The position numbers were made by a program, and so were the translations under genes. From assembly GCA_030593885.1 (NCBI GenBank), contig JAUVGH010000002.1:21922-85921 (forward strand): a stretch of DNA of 64,000 nt. Direction: 5' to 3'. Numbering within the stretch: position 1 is the stretch's first letter; each line of letters opens with the position of its first letter. The DNA comes from Methanomassiliicoccales archaeon (lineage in GTDB: Archaea; Thermoplasmatota; Thermoplasmata; RBG-16-68-12; SOIM01). Positions 7,896-21,100 of this stretch are shown here, piece after piece. The notes below the pieces were generated by a model that had not been told where the DNA came from, did no database searches, and worked only from the letters and a program-made list of their open reading frames with translations.

Positions 7896-10469
7896 ATGAG
7901 ATGGGGTTTCAAAAAGATGTGGGCTATCATCATAGTCTTTGCAATGTTCGGCATTGCATTTGTGGGCGTGGCAACTGAGAACGAGAATAACGCTGTTTCT
8001 TTGAACGACTCTGTTACAACTACGTTTTCGAACGAGGGGACCAGAGGTCCTGGTGCACCCAGAGTGGTGTTGATGGAACGCTTCACCAATGTTGGATGCG
8101 GTCCATGTGCGCCGGCGAGCATCAGGGAGGATCAATTCATCCAGGACCATAGTGTCGATGACCTGGCCGTGATCAAGTATCACATGTATTGGCCGGATGG
8201 AAACGACCCTATGTACCTCATGAACACCCAACCCCAACTGGATAGAAGGGACTTCTATGGAACGATCGGGTTCGTGCCCTATTCGATAGTGGACGGTCTT
8301 CTCCTGTCGGACGATGCCCAGCAGAATGGGAACTATCCGATCACTTACAGCCTCTACCAGAGGTTCTACGATCAGAGAAGAGCATTACTGAGCCCGTTCA
8401 CGGTAGATGTGGATGGTGTTCTCGGAGCTACCATGGGTACGGTTTCGGTCAACGTGACTGCAGTGGATACAGTTCCGGTTGGTGCCTTGAAGGTCAGATT
8501 GGCGCTGTATTTCAATGACGTGGAATATGCCACTTCACCGGGCAGCAATGGGGAGAAGAGGTTCGGATTCGTCTTCATGGACTTCATCCCGGACATCGAC
8601 GGAATGGACCTGACGATCTCGATGGGACAGACCGTGAACTTCATCCAGACATTCACTATCCCCACCGAGATACCGGCAGGCGGGGGAGATCCGGCAGTAC
8701 CGGTGGAGAGAGCTCAGCTGGGAGTGGTTGCTATGGTCCAGGACGAGGTCACGAGAGAGGTCCACCAGGCAGGTGTCCTCTCATTCACCGACCTGTCCAT
8801 TAATCCGATGGGGATACTGACAACCCCGTTGAACCCGAATCTAGGGGACTTGGTCGGCATTTCCGCAAGGGTCGTTAACAACGGTGAAGACATCAGCAAC
8901 GCATATGTCACTGCATACATCGATCAGGTTGGGGGAGATCCCATCGGTCCTCCGATATCCACGGGTCCGATGTTCAAGGGTCAGATGAAGATAGTCGGCC
9001 TCGGGGCATGGGACACCACGGGACAGCCGGGGGTCAGGAAGGTGGTCGCCAAAGTGGACATCGACGGTGACTACTACGAGTCCGACGAGGTGAACAACGT
9101 TGTCACCAAGGACGTGAACGTGGCAGCCCAGTTCGATGTCGGCATTTCCCAGATAGGTCCGTTCAATGAAGGGATGATGTATCCCATGAGCAACTACTCG
9201 TTGGACGGGAGCATAAAGAACTTCGGACAAAACGCGATGGGAGATTTCGATGTGGACATACAGCTGTACCAGCTCGGCCTGCCTGATGTTCCTGTTTCGA
9301 CCTTCATGGATGATATGGAAGGAGGCATTGGAGGTTGGACCGAGAGCGGCGGGAGTTGGGCGTATGGAGCCCCATCACCGGCACCCGGAGCGCATTCGGG
9401 AGCTAGTGTCTGGGCAACTGTGCTCACCGGCAATTACCCGTCAAATACGGTCGATTGGCTGTATTCCCCGATAGTGAGCATACCGTCGAGCGCAAGTTCC
9501 GCGAGCCTGAGCTTCTGGAACTTCTATTCGTTCCAGTTTGCGTCAAAACCACCCAATGATGTGCACTACGATTGCGGGAACTTGTGGATATCCACAGACA
9601 TGGGTGTCACATGGGAGATGGTGGAACATTTCAAGGCCAACAATGGTGCTTGGAATCAGGAGACATACGATCTGACTTCATATGTCGGGCAATCAGTGAG
9701 ATTCGCCTTTGAACTCGCTGCAGATGGAAGCGGAGGCCAATTGGGATGGTACATAGATGACTTCGAGGTGACCTCAATGGTTCCGACGGAGACACTGGTC
9801 TGGAACACGACAACCAGGATGTCGACCATCCTTGCATCTGGCGGAGTTGATTCGCTCATTTGGAACCAGAAGATCATCACTGGAGGCCCACACAAGCTAT
9901 ACGTATGGACGCCTCTTGGAGGAGATCAGAACCCTGACAACGACCTGAGCACACTGACATTCGACATCGATGACACCAAGTGGAGGAACGTGGTGACCCC
10001 CGTAGCGTCACTGGTTTCGTCCCCCTTGACACTCACCGAGACCAACATCGCGAACATTGTTGCACCTTCAGCGCCTGCCTTGACCTCGGTCAGGACCTAC
10101 GACGCAGTAACAGGCACGTGGTTGGGATACGATCCGGCCAAGCCCGCCAACAGCCTTTCGGCAGTGGATCACAGGATGGGCATGTGGGTAACGAATCCTT
10201 CAGGTGGATACATAGACTTCACCGGAACGATACCGGGCATAACTGTTGACATACAGCTTGAAATCGGGTGGAACCTCATAGGATATCCATCAATGACGGA
10301 CAGGACCGTCGCAGACGCTCTGTCCACGATCACATACGAAAGGATAGAAGGGTTCGATGCGACAGGACCGTATCATCTGAGGGAACTGACTGGCAGCGAT
10401 TGGATGACGGCTGGACAGGGCTACTGGATACACGTATCCTCGCAACAGATGTGGTCAGTGAACGCTTAG
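7896..10469 (+). CDS. Secreted multidomain protein: thioredoxin-like CxxC domain, CARDB-like domain, choice-of-anchor-J/MAM-like domain, and the shared C-terminal tandem module
   Basis: The ORF track starts at 7809, but the SD-preceded ATG at 7896 (MRWGFKKMWAIIIVFAMFGIA, TM/signal) is more plausible. 'NVGCGPCAP' is a Trx-like motif (Cys codon at 8097). A CARDB-like region follows ('VVAKVDIDGDYYESDEVNNV'), then a choice-of-anchor-J/MAM-like region ('GGWTESGG...LWISTDMGVTWE...GWYIDDFEV'). The C-terminal module is at 9990-10466. Confidence 0.75.
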   Translation: MRWGFKKMWAIIIVFAMFGIAFVGVATENENNAVSLNDSVTTTFSNEGTRGPGAPRVVLMERFTNVGCGPCAPASIREDQFIQDHSVDDLAVIKYHMYWPDGNDPMYLMNTQPQLDRRDFYGTIGFVPYSIVDGLLLSDDAQQNGNYPITYSLYQRFYDQRRALLSPFTVDVDGVLGATMGTVSVNVTAVDTVPVGALKVRLALYFNDVEYATSPGSNGEKRFGFVFMDFIPDIDGMDLTISMGQTVNFIQTFTIPTEIPAGGGDPAVPVERAQLGVVAMVQDEVTREVHQAGVLSFTDLSINPMGILTTPLNPNLGDLVGISARVVNNGEDISNAYVTAYIDQVGGDPIGPPISTGPMFKGQMKIVGLGAWDTTGQPGVRKVVAKVDIDGDYYESDEVNNVVTKDVNVAAQFDVGISQIGPFNEGMMYPMSNYSLDGSIKNFGQNAMGDFDVDIQLYQLGLPDVPVSTFMDDMEGGIGGWTESGGSWAYGAPSPAPGAHSGASVWATVLTGNYPSNTVDWLYSPIVSIPSSASSASLSFWNFYSFQFASKPPNDVHYDCGNLWISTDMGVTWEMVEHFKANNGAWNQETYDLTSYVGQSVRFAFELAADGSGGQLGWYIDDFEVTSMVPTETLVWNTTTRMSTILASGGVDSLIWNQKIITGGPHKLYVWTPLGGDQNPDNDLSTLTFDIDDTKWRNVVTPVASLVSSPLTLTETNIANIVAPSAPALTSVRTYDAVTGTWLGYDPAKPANSLSAVDHRMGMWVTNPSGGYIDFTGTIPGITVDIQLEIGWNLIGYPSMTDRTVADALSTITYERIEGFDATGPYHLRELTGSDWMTAGQGYWIHVSSQQMWSVNA

Positions 10470-10531
10470 GTTGACCTGGGCTTCACCCTATTCTCCTTTT
10501 ATTGTACAACCACAGTTGAAACAAGGTACCC

Positions 10532-11914
10532 TCAAATGGGAGCTTTCTCCAACTGGCTGCCCACAATCTCGTTGGCAAGTTCCAGGAACTCCTCCTCGGT
10601 ACCGTTGGGTATGGTCGCTCCGGCAGCGATGTTGTGACCGCCTCCAACGCCTTCGAACTTCTCGCATGCTGTCTTCATTACGTGTGATAGATCCAGGCCC
10701 TTGGCCACAAGCTCCCTGGTCCCTCTGGCCGAGACTTTCACACCTTCATCTGAATTGGCAAAAGCGAAGAGTGGAACGCTGTTGTCCAGGTCACCCGACC
10801 CGAGAAGCATCCCGGCCGTTATTCCGATGACGCTGTCCTGGATCCTGCTCCCTCCATGAAAGTATTGTATGTGTTCTAGCCTCTCGATTCCTACTTCTTT
10901 GGCGACCCTGAGGGAGCTTACCAGAGCCCCTCTATGTCCTTTCAGAAGCATCATGGCGGAGTCAAGAGCCTCTTCCCTATCGCCCCTACAAAGGGCAAAT
11001 CCCACGTCCGCCTTCTCATATCTTCCGCATGAATTGAGCAGGGTCGCGAACTCCTTTGCCTCATGAAGCTCTGTTCCCTGTTCTTCCTTTGGAAAGAGGT
11101 AGACCTCACCCATCAACCTGTCTGCGGCGTCGGGATCCTGACCTGATGCAAGGACTATCTTCTTCAGTTCCGACAGAATCTTGTCCTTTTCCCATGGTTT
11201 GAGATCGACCCAGCTTCGGAATCCCTTGTCCTTTCTCAACTGGAGCCCCAGGCTGAACAGGAATTCCTTGCAAGCATTCCAATCACCTGAGAGCCCAGGG
11301 ACAAGCGGGTCATTGGCATATTGCAGCAACTTGACGAGAGGTCTCGTTTCCCGACCGAAGAATCTTGCGTCAGTTCTCCAATCCAGAACTCCCGCTCTGA
11401 GACCATCTTCCATTATCGTCCTGTTCGTACCCACAAGCCTCAGATTGGCCTGGTCCTGCATGTCCCCGACCGCACCGAGTATCGCAAGGGACGCGAGGTC
11501 CTTGTTCGCTTTCTCAAGTGCTACGGCAACCAGGTAAGCTGCTCCAGCTCCCGAGATGTCGAGGGCGCCGTCCCGTCCGACCCGATGCGGGTTGACCTCG
11601 GGAATCCTGTCCTGGTTGACGAATGAAGGTACATGGTGATCTGTGATGACGGCATCCATCCCGGACAGCATCTCAAGACTGCCACTGCCCAGATCGGTGA
11701 GCCACACGAGCTCCTTGTTCTCATCCTTCAGGCCCTCAACGACCTTCTCATCCAGGTTCTTGACGAAAACGACGGAATAATCCACACCAATCCCATCAAG
11801 CGCATGCGATGCGATTCCAGCCGCCGCTATTCCATCAGCATCGATGTGCGAACATATCTTCACTTCGGAACAAGTGCGGACCTTCTCCGCGACAGTTTTC
11901 GCCTTGGAGTGCAT
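10532..11914 (-). CDS. DHH-family phosphoesterase (RecJ-like DHH/DHHA1 protein)
   Basis: DHH motifs (HIDADG, ITDHHVP) and a C-terminal DHHA1-like GGGH motif. The ORF-track N-terminal extension to 12118 is rejected. The likely start is the ATG at 11914 (MHSKAKTVAEKV...). Confidence 0.8.
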   Translation of the reverse strand: MHSKAKTVAEKVRTCSEVKICSHIDADGIAAAGIASHALDGIGVDYSVVFVKNLDEKVVEGLKDENKELVWLTDLGSGSLEMLSGMDAVITDHHVPSFVNQDRIPEVNPHRVGRDGALDISGAGAAYLVAVALEKANKDLASLAILGAVGDMQDQANLRLVGTNRTIMEDGLRAGVLDWRTDARFFGRETRPLVKLLQYANDPLVPGLSGDWNACKEFLFSLGLQLRKDKGFRSWVDLKPWEKDKILSELKKIVLASGQDPDAADRLMGEVYLFPKEEQGTELHEAKEFATLLNSCGRYEKADVGFALCRGDREEALDSAMMLLKGHRGALVSSLRVAKEVGIERLEHIQYFHGGSRIQDSVIGITAGMLLGSGDLDNSVPLFAFANSDEGVKVSARGTRELVAKGLDLSHVMKTACEKFEGVGGGHNIAAGATIPNGTEEEFLELANEIVGSQLEKAPI

Positions 11915-12186
11915 CTCTACCTGTAATACGATTTGGGAATAAAAGAATGCGCATATCGTCGGGAAGACCTCGCAGTCAGTCCATATATTAAGAACTCTTA
12001 TATATGCATAAGTCCATTGAAACGCTATAAATCTAGGAGACCGAGGAGAGGGGAGAGACTTACTTGCGACTGCAAGATAGATTTCAGCCTCAATGGATAG
12101 ATGTGTAACCCTACACAATCTTAGCCATGCTTCTCAGTCTTTTGGGGTTTAACGCGCAGTACGAGTGATACCTAAGAGGTGAAAAA

Positions 12187-15100
12187 ATGAGGCGGGGTAG
12201 TAAAGTGGTCACAGCCCTCGACAAGATCAAGTCGACGGTCATGGTGACGTTGCTAGTCCTTGGAACGTTCGTTTTGGCGGTAAGTGTACCTGGTGAGGAA
12301 CCACCAGACATACCAGGCTGGCCGAACGACGGCGACTGGATTAACTATACGTATCGAGGAGAGAGAATTAGGGATTGGGAAGACAAGCCCTATGAGAACG
12401 ACCCGACACATGGGATAGCCAATGTCCAGCCGAAGGCGGTTGACATCGCATCTGGAGTTGACAAGAGTGGGGGAAATGCCGCATCTAATCCGGGCAACTA
12501 CACTTCTGTTCAATACCTATATGATGATGTTGACGGTGATAGCGACGGCTGTTCCGATATCGATGACGACTGGCTCTTCCTCAGGCAGAGAATTGCCGGG
12601 GATCCCAGACACGGTGGACAGTACGCGTACAAAGCGTACCACTGGGACATATTGCTGGAAGTTGACGGTGACCAGTGGAGCGAGTTCGTGGTCGACCTGA
12701 ACGGTGGAAATGGGTACTACAAGTTCGGAACCGTAGGTGTGTACTACAGCGACACTGACGACTACGAGTATGATCCAGATAATGATTGGGTCTGGCTCCA
12801 GCCAGCGACCGGGAAGAAGAACTTGTTCACCAACGCCCGGCTCATTGACTATGATGACGATGATGATGATAACGACCAATGGTGGATCGAGTACAAGGTT
12901 CCGATAACAGCCTTCACGGATCGGGACGATAACCAGCTGCTCTGTGCGGACACCGACTTCCTTCTGTTTTTCAGCACCTCTGCCTCAGCAACAAACCCTC
13001 TGCAGAAGGATTGGATGGGAGAGTTCGTTTTCGGTGAGCCGGCCAATATCACGGTTGTCAAGACAGTGGAGGAGGACATAGTAAAGCCGGGAGATACTCT
13101 TCACTACAAGATCTATTACAACAACACTGGAGAGTTCAATGCGGGCAATGTGTGGATCAACGATACGATACCTGACTACACGACGTTCAAAGAATCGAAT
13201 CCCAACTACAATTCGAGTTCTGGACAGACATACAGATGGCATTTCACGGACGTTGAACCTGGGAATCACACCATCTATCTGAATGTGACAGTGGACACGG
13301 ATGTGCCAGATGGCGAGGTACTTCGGAACGTTGCAGTTCTGAACTACACGGACACCGATGACAACGAGCTACCTGGCTCAGAGGATGAGACCGAGAATCC
13401 TGTTGCAGGCCCTTTCTTGAAGATGGCAAAGGAAGTTGATGTCGCAACTGCCGACCCAGGCGATGTGCTGCATTATGAGATCATCATGCAGAACACTGGA
13501 GGCGGTGGGGCGTACAACGTTACAGTAAACGATACCATACCTGAGCATACCACTTTCGATAGTTCATATCCAGACTATGATTCGGTAGATGGCAGAACCT
13601 ACACATTCATCATAGACAAGATTGCTGGAAAGACAAACTTCACCATTTTCCTGAACGTGACCGTTGATGCCTACACAGATGATGGGACGGTACTTGTCAA
13701 CTATGCGACAGCAGACTATAGGGACGCGAATGGCAACGTGTATGAAAGACTCTATGACTGGGCCAATGTGACGGTGACCGCTCCCATAATGGACGTCACA
13801 AAGATCGCTGATGTTACAACCGCTGACCCGGGCGATGAGATCACGTACACGCTCACCTATGACAACACTGGCACTGGCCAGGCTTCAGATGTGGTGATTG
13901 AGGACACGATACCGGAGCACACAACATTCGTCAGCTCCACACCCAATTACGACGAGGTTGATGGCAGAACCTACACCTGGAATATCGGTCTGGTCGATGG
14001 AGGAGATTCCGGAACCATTGCAATCACTGTCAAGGTTGACGCAGGAACAGCTAATGGTACGATTCTGACCAATGATGTCACTCTGGACTACGATGACGCT
14101 AACGGGAATCCGTACCCACAGGAAACTGACTCTGTGGATGTAACAGTGATCGCTCCTATTCTAACCCTTTCGAAGACGGCGAGCGTCGCCGAGGCCAACC
14201 CTGGAGACACGATAACGTACTCCATAAATTACGAGAACACTGGAAGCGGCAAAGCCACGAACGTATACGTCAACGACACGATTCCCAACGAGGTGACGTT
14301 CGTCACTTCATCGCCTGCATATACCAGCAAGAGCGGGAACACTTACATCTGGGCAATCGGTGACGTATGCGCTGGATGCAGCGGCATCATAACCATACAG
14401 GTCACGGTAAACGCGGCCGTTCCTGACGAAACGGTGATGAGGAACACAGTCACCCTGGACTACTCAGATGCAAATGGAAATCCGTACGCACAACTGTCCG
14501 ACTATGTGGACGTGACCGTCACAGCGCCAATAATGACTATAACGAAGGTCGCTGACGTTGGGACGGCGGACCCAGGAGATGAGATTACTTACACCCTCAC
14601 CTACGAGAACACAGGCACTGGCGATGCAGGAGGAGTGATCGTAAAGGACACCATACCCACAGACACGATATTCGTTAGTTCGAACCCTGCATACTCCAGC
14701 AAGACTGGAAATACATACACATGGAACGTTGGAACTGTGACAGCAGGCAGCAGCGGAACAATCACGATAGTGGTCAAGGTCAAGGCTGGAATAGCTGATG
14801 AGACGGTCCTTCTCAATACGGCAGTCCTGTACTACGAAGACGTCAACGGCAATCCATATCCGACCAAGGAAGACACTGCTGAAGTGACCGTAACCTCACC
14901 GATCATGACAGTTTCGAAGACGGCTGACGTCACGACCGCGGACCCAGGGGACGAGATAAACTACACCCTAAGCTACGATAACACAGGAACCGGAAACGCC
15001 AAGAACGTCAAGATAATCGATACTTTGCCGAGTGATGTGACATTCGTTACCTCCTATCCGGCATACAGCAGCGCCAGCGGGAACGTCTACACATGGAATG

Positions 15101-18100
15101 TTGGAGACGTTTGCGCAGGTTGCGGAGGAGAGATATACGTCATCGTCGAAGTGAACGCAGGAGTGGCTGATGGCTCAGTGCTCAGGAACTACGTCAAGAT
15201 GGAGTACACCGATAACAATGGCAATTCCCTGCCAGATGAGACCGACTACGTGGACGTGACAGTCACCGCACCTGTGATGACGATAACGAAGACAGCCGAT
15301 GTGACCACTGCTGATCCTGACGACCAAGTGGTCTACACGCTCTTCTACGAGAACACCGGTACGGGGGACGCCACCAATGTTGTGGTGAAGGACACCATTC
15401 CGAGCGAGGTGGATTTTGTCAGCTCAACGCCGACCTATGACAGCCAGAGCGGCAATGTCTACACGTGGAACGTAGGAGATGTTGGTGCTGGCGAGAACGG
15501 TACCATAACCATCACGGTCAAGGTCAAGGCCTACACACCAGACAAGACAGTGATTACGAACTATGTGACCTTGGACTACGATGATGCCAATGGAAATCCG
15601 ATTCCTCAAGAGAGCGACAGCGTCGATGTTACAATCACCGCACCGGTGATGACGATCTCAAAGACGGCGGATGTATCAGAGGCAGATCCGGGCGACGAGA
15701 TAACATACACGATAACCTACACCAACTCCGGAACTGGTCTGGCAACAGATGTTGTCGTCACTGACACCATACCGGCGGACACAACATTCGTCAGCTCAAC
15801 GCCAACATACGATAGCCAGAGCGGGAACACATACACGTGGAACGTCGGGGATGTCTCAGCCGGAAGTTCTGGGATAATAACAGTTGTGGTCAAGGTCAAG
15901 GCGGGAACGCCTGACGAGACCGTCCTCACGAACACGGTCACCCTGGATTACGACGATGCCAATGGCAATCCACAAGCCCAACAGAACGACAGCGTCGATG
16001 TTACGGTCACCGCACCGATTATGACAGTCAGCAAGGTCGCGGACGTGGCAACAGCGGATCCAAGTGACCAGATCACCTACACGATTGAATACAAGAACAC
16101 CGGAAGCGGGGACGCGACCAATGTGAAGGTAGTTGATACGATACCGGCAGACACTACTGCTGTCAGTGCGACACCCATGTGGGACTCGTCTTCCGGAGAT
16201 GATTTCACCTGGAACATCGGAAGCGTGTCAGCAAGAGGGTCTGGAACGATCACCTTTGTGGTCAAGGTCGACGTTGGAACCCCGGACGGAACACTGCTCA
16301 GGAACTGGGCCACTCTTTCATACGCAGACGCCAACGGGAACGGACTCCCAGATGAGAAGGACTACGCAGATGTCACTGTCACGGCACCCATCATGACGAT
16401 CAGCAAGATAGCGGATGTCTCAACCGCCGATCCGTCGGACATCATAACATACACGCTGACCTACGAGAACAATGGCAATGGTGAAGCGACCAATGTCTGG
16501 GTCAACGACACCATACCCGCAGACACAGACTTCGTCAGCTCAACACCAGGATACACAAGCATGAGCGGGAACACCTACACATGGTTCATCGCAAGTGTTG
16601 CAGCCAATTCAGACGGAACGATAACGGTGAAGGTCAAGGTCAAGGTCGGAACACCTGACGGAACGGTTCTCAGGAACACGGTCACCCTGGACTACGGTGA
16701 TGCCAACGGAAATCCACAGGGCCAAGAGAGCGACTACGTTGATGTCCTGGTCACAGCACCAATATTCAGCTTCAGCAAGACAGCAGATGTCGTGGAGGCC
16801 GACCCAGGCGATTGGATCAACTACACCCTCTACTACAAGAACACTGGAACCGGAGACGCCACGAACGTGTACATCAACGACACGATACCGTCCGATACAA
16901 CGCTAGAGAGCACCAGCCCAGCTTACACATCCTCCTCAGGGGACACGTACATATGGAATCTGGGAACGGTGACGGCGGGCGAGGAAGGCAACATCATAAT
17001 CACGGTCACCGTCGATGCCTTCACACCAGACGGCACATTGCTGAGGAATACTGCCACTCTTGACTACTCGGACGCGAGCGGCAATCCCTATCCACAGATG
17101 GATGACTACGCCGACGTCACAGTGACCGGTCCTGAGATGACTATCAGAAAGGTCGCGGATGTGACAACGGCTGATCCAGGAGATGACATCACCTACACTA
17201 TTACATACAAGAACAACGGAGCTGGAACGGCGACCGATGTCGTCGTTGAGGACACAATACCGGCAGATACAGTGTTCGTCAGCTCAACGCCAACTTATGA
17301 TAGCCAAAGCGGGAACACTTACACCTGGTTAATCGGTGACGTGTGCGGCGGATGCGACGGCACCATAGAGATCGTGGTAAGGGTAAAGGCTGGAACGCCT
17401 GACAAGACCGTTCTCACAAACACGGTCACACTCAACTACGACGATGCGAACGGAAATCCACAATCAGAGGAAAACGATAGTGTGAATGTCGTGGTGACCG
17501 CACCGGTGATGACCATCAGCAAGGTGGCAGACGTTACGACAGCGGATCCAGATGATGAGATAACCTACACGATAACATACAAGAACACCGGAACCGGAGA
17601 GGCAACGAACATCTACATAAACGACACCATTCCGCCGGATACGACATACGTCAGTTCCAATCCCACCTACACCAGCGCCAGCGGGGATACATACACATGG
17701 TTCATAGCATCCCTCGGAGCAGGCCAGAGCGGGACCATAGAGCTGGTCGTCAAGGTCGATGTCGGTGTGCCCGACAAGACCCTCCTGAGGAATCAGGTAA
17801 CACTTGACTACGCAGACGCCAACGAGAACCCACTGCCCAGGCAGTCCGACAAGGCGGATGTCACCGTCACGGCGCCCGTGTTCACCTTCAGCAAGAAGGC
17901 TGATGTCAGCACGGCAGACCCGGGCGATGAAATCGTTTACACCATCGAATACGAGAACACTGGGACTGGAGAGGCGACCGACGTATATGTCAATGACACA
18001 ATACCAGATGATGTCGACTTCGTTAGTTCTAACCCAGCCTATACGAGCGTGAGCGGAAACACGTACACGTGGTTTATGGCGAGCGTTGCAGCAGGAACTG

Positions 18101-21100
18101 GTGGGACGATAACCATTGTGGTGGAAGTCAAAGCCGGAATTCCGGATGAAACGCTTCTGCGTAACACCGCCACGCTTGACTACTCGGATGCCAACGGCAA
18201 TCCATATCCACAGATGAAGGACTGCGCAGATGTCAGGGTCACTGCACCCATTATGACCATAACCAAAACGGCCGACGTCAGTACGGCCGATCCCGACGAT
18301 GAGATCACCTACACCCTCGCATACGAGAACAAGGGGACTGGTGAGGCAACCGATGTATACATCAACGATACCATTCCCGCAGATGTGGATTGGGTCAGCT
18401 CCAATCCTGGATACACGAGCGTTAGCGGCCTTACCTACACATGGTTCTTCGCCAGCCTTGGAGCGGGTACGAGCGGAACCATAACGATAGTGGTGAAGGT
18501 CAAGGTGGGTACGCCTGATGGCACAATCCTGACCAACGATGTCACACTCGATTACTCGGACGCAAACGGCAATCCGTTGCCCCAGGAGAGCGACAGTGTG
18601 AATGTCAAGGTGACCGCCCCGATAGTGACAATCGCAAAGACGGCAGACGTGTCAACAGCCGATCCAGGAGATGAGATAACCTACACAATATACTACAAGA
18701 ATACCGGAACTGGGGAGGCAACTGACCTCTACATCAACGATACGATACCGACAGACACCGAATACGTGAGTTCGAGCCCCGTCTACGATGAAGTGAACGG
18801 TCTAACATATACATGGAAGATCGCAAGCCTCGCGGCGGGTGCCGACGGAACAATAACCCTCGTGGTGAAGGTCAAGGTCGGGACACCTGACGAGACGCTC
18901 TTGAGGAACAGGGTGACGCTCGACTATTCGGATGCGAACGGGAATCCATATCCGCAGAAGGATGACACGGAAGATGTCGTCGTGACCGCACCGGTCATGG
19001 CCATCAACAAGGTAGCGAACGTGGCTACGGCTGACCCAGGCGATTTCGTAAACTACACAATCTCGTACGAGAACAGCGGCACAGGCATCGCAACGAACGT
19101 ATGGATAAACGATACCATACCTGCAGATACCACCTTCAAGGAATCCACACCAAACTATGACTCGGTCTCAGGGGACACGTACACCTGGTTCTTCTCAACA
19201 GTGGCTGCGAAGTCCAGCGGGGAGATCCACATCAAGGTGCAGGTGGATGCCGGAACAGATGACGGCACGATCCTCAGGAACACGGTCACCATGGACTACG
19301 CGGATGCCAACGAGAACCCGTACACCCAACTCTCCGATTACGTGGACGTTCTCGTGACAGCTCCGGTATTGAACCTGACCAAGTCGGCAGACGTCTCGAC
19401 AGCAGACCCAAGCGATACGATAACATACACGGTGGAGTTCGAGAACTCCGGCACCGGGAATGCCACGGACGTGTACGTCAATGACACCATTCCAACGGAT
19501 GTGGAGTTTGTCAGCTCCAATCCAGTCTATCTATCGAAGTCTGGGAACACGTACACTTGGTACTGGGCGGTGGTAGCGGCAAACACCACGGTCACAATAA
19601 CCATTGTTGTGAAGGTCAAGACCTACACGCCAGACGAGACGGTTCTGCACAACATAGCGACACTGGACTACGCTGACGCCAACGGCAACCCATACCCGAC
19701 TGAGATGGCATGGGCAGACGTGACAGTCACCGCTCCCATTCTGGAGATCACGAAGACGGCGGACGTGACAACCGCCGATCCAGGAGATGAGATAACCTAC
19801 ACAATATACTACAAGAATACCGGAACTGGAGAGGCAACTGACGTCTATATCAACGACACGATACCTGATGACGTGGACTTCGTGAGTTCAAGTCCGAACT
19901 ACACGAGCGTCAGCGGGAAGACCTACACATGGTTCTTCTCCAGCTTGGGAGCCGGAGTGGATGGAACCATAACCATTACAGTTGAGGTCAAGGTCGGCAC
20001 GCCGGATGAAACACTGCTCAGGAACCTGGGGACACTTGACTTCTCCGATGCTAACGGCAACCCATATCCGAGGCTCAGAGATTACGCAGATGTTGATGTA
20101 ACCGCACCAGTCATGGAGTTCTCCAAGACGGCGGACGTGGCTACCGCAGACCCAGACGATGAGATCACCTACACATTGACATACAAGAACATTGGAACAG
20201 GAGTGGCAACGAACGTCAAGATAACAGACACCATACCCGGCGACGTTGTGTTCGTGAGCTCGACTCCGAACTACACCAGTGTCAGTGGGAACACATATAC
20301 CTGGGACATTGGAACACTAAATCCAGGCGACAGCGGGACCATCACGATAGTTGTCAGGGTCGAAGTTGGCACGCCAGACGAGACTCTGCTCAGAAACTTC
20401 GCCACGCTCGACTACTCGGACGCCAATGAGAACCCGTACGAACAGATGAAGGACTATGCGGATGTCGACGTGACCGCGCCTGTCATGGAATTCTCCAAGA
20501 CTGCAGACGTTACGACAGCGGATCCAGATGATGAGATAACCTACACTATCACCTACAAGAACACAGGAACCGGAGTGGCAACGAACGTCAAGATAACAGA
20601 CACCATTCCAGGAGATGTTGTGTTCATATCCTCGACCCCGAATTACACGTCGGTATCTGGCAATACGTACACCTGGGACATAGGAACTCTGAATCCAGGA
20701 GACAGTGGGACCATAACCATAGTGGTGAAGGTCAAGGTTGGCACGCCGGACGAGACCTTGCTACGCAACGTGGCAATCCTGTACTACTCGGACGCCAACG
20801 AGAATCCGTACACGCCGATTGAGGATCATGCAGATGTCGATGTGACGGCACCTGTTATGAGATTCTCCAAGACAGCGGACGTGACGACTGCCGATCCAGA
20901 CGATGAGATCACCTATACAATAACATACGAGAACGTGGGAACCGGAGACGCAGCCAACGTGAAGGTCACCGACACAATACCAGCTGATGTTACCTTCGTT
21001 AGCTCGACACCGACATATACGTCGGTATCTGGCAATACGTACACCTGGGACATTGGAACGGTGACAGCTGGCTCTAGCGGTACCATCACAATAACCGTCA

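Noticed and set aside
10532-12118. 528-aa version of the DHH phosphoesterase ORF (start at 12118)
   Set aside because: The N-terminal 68 residues are non-conserved and hydrophobic junk crossing the divergent promoter region. The internal ATG at 11914 gives a canonical DHH protein start.
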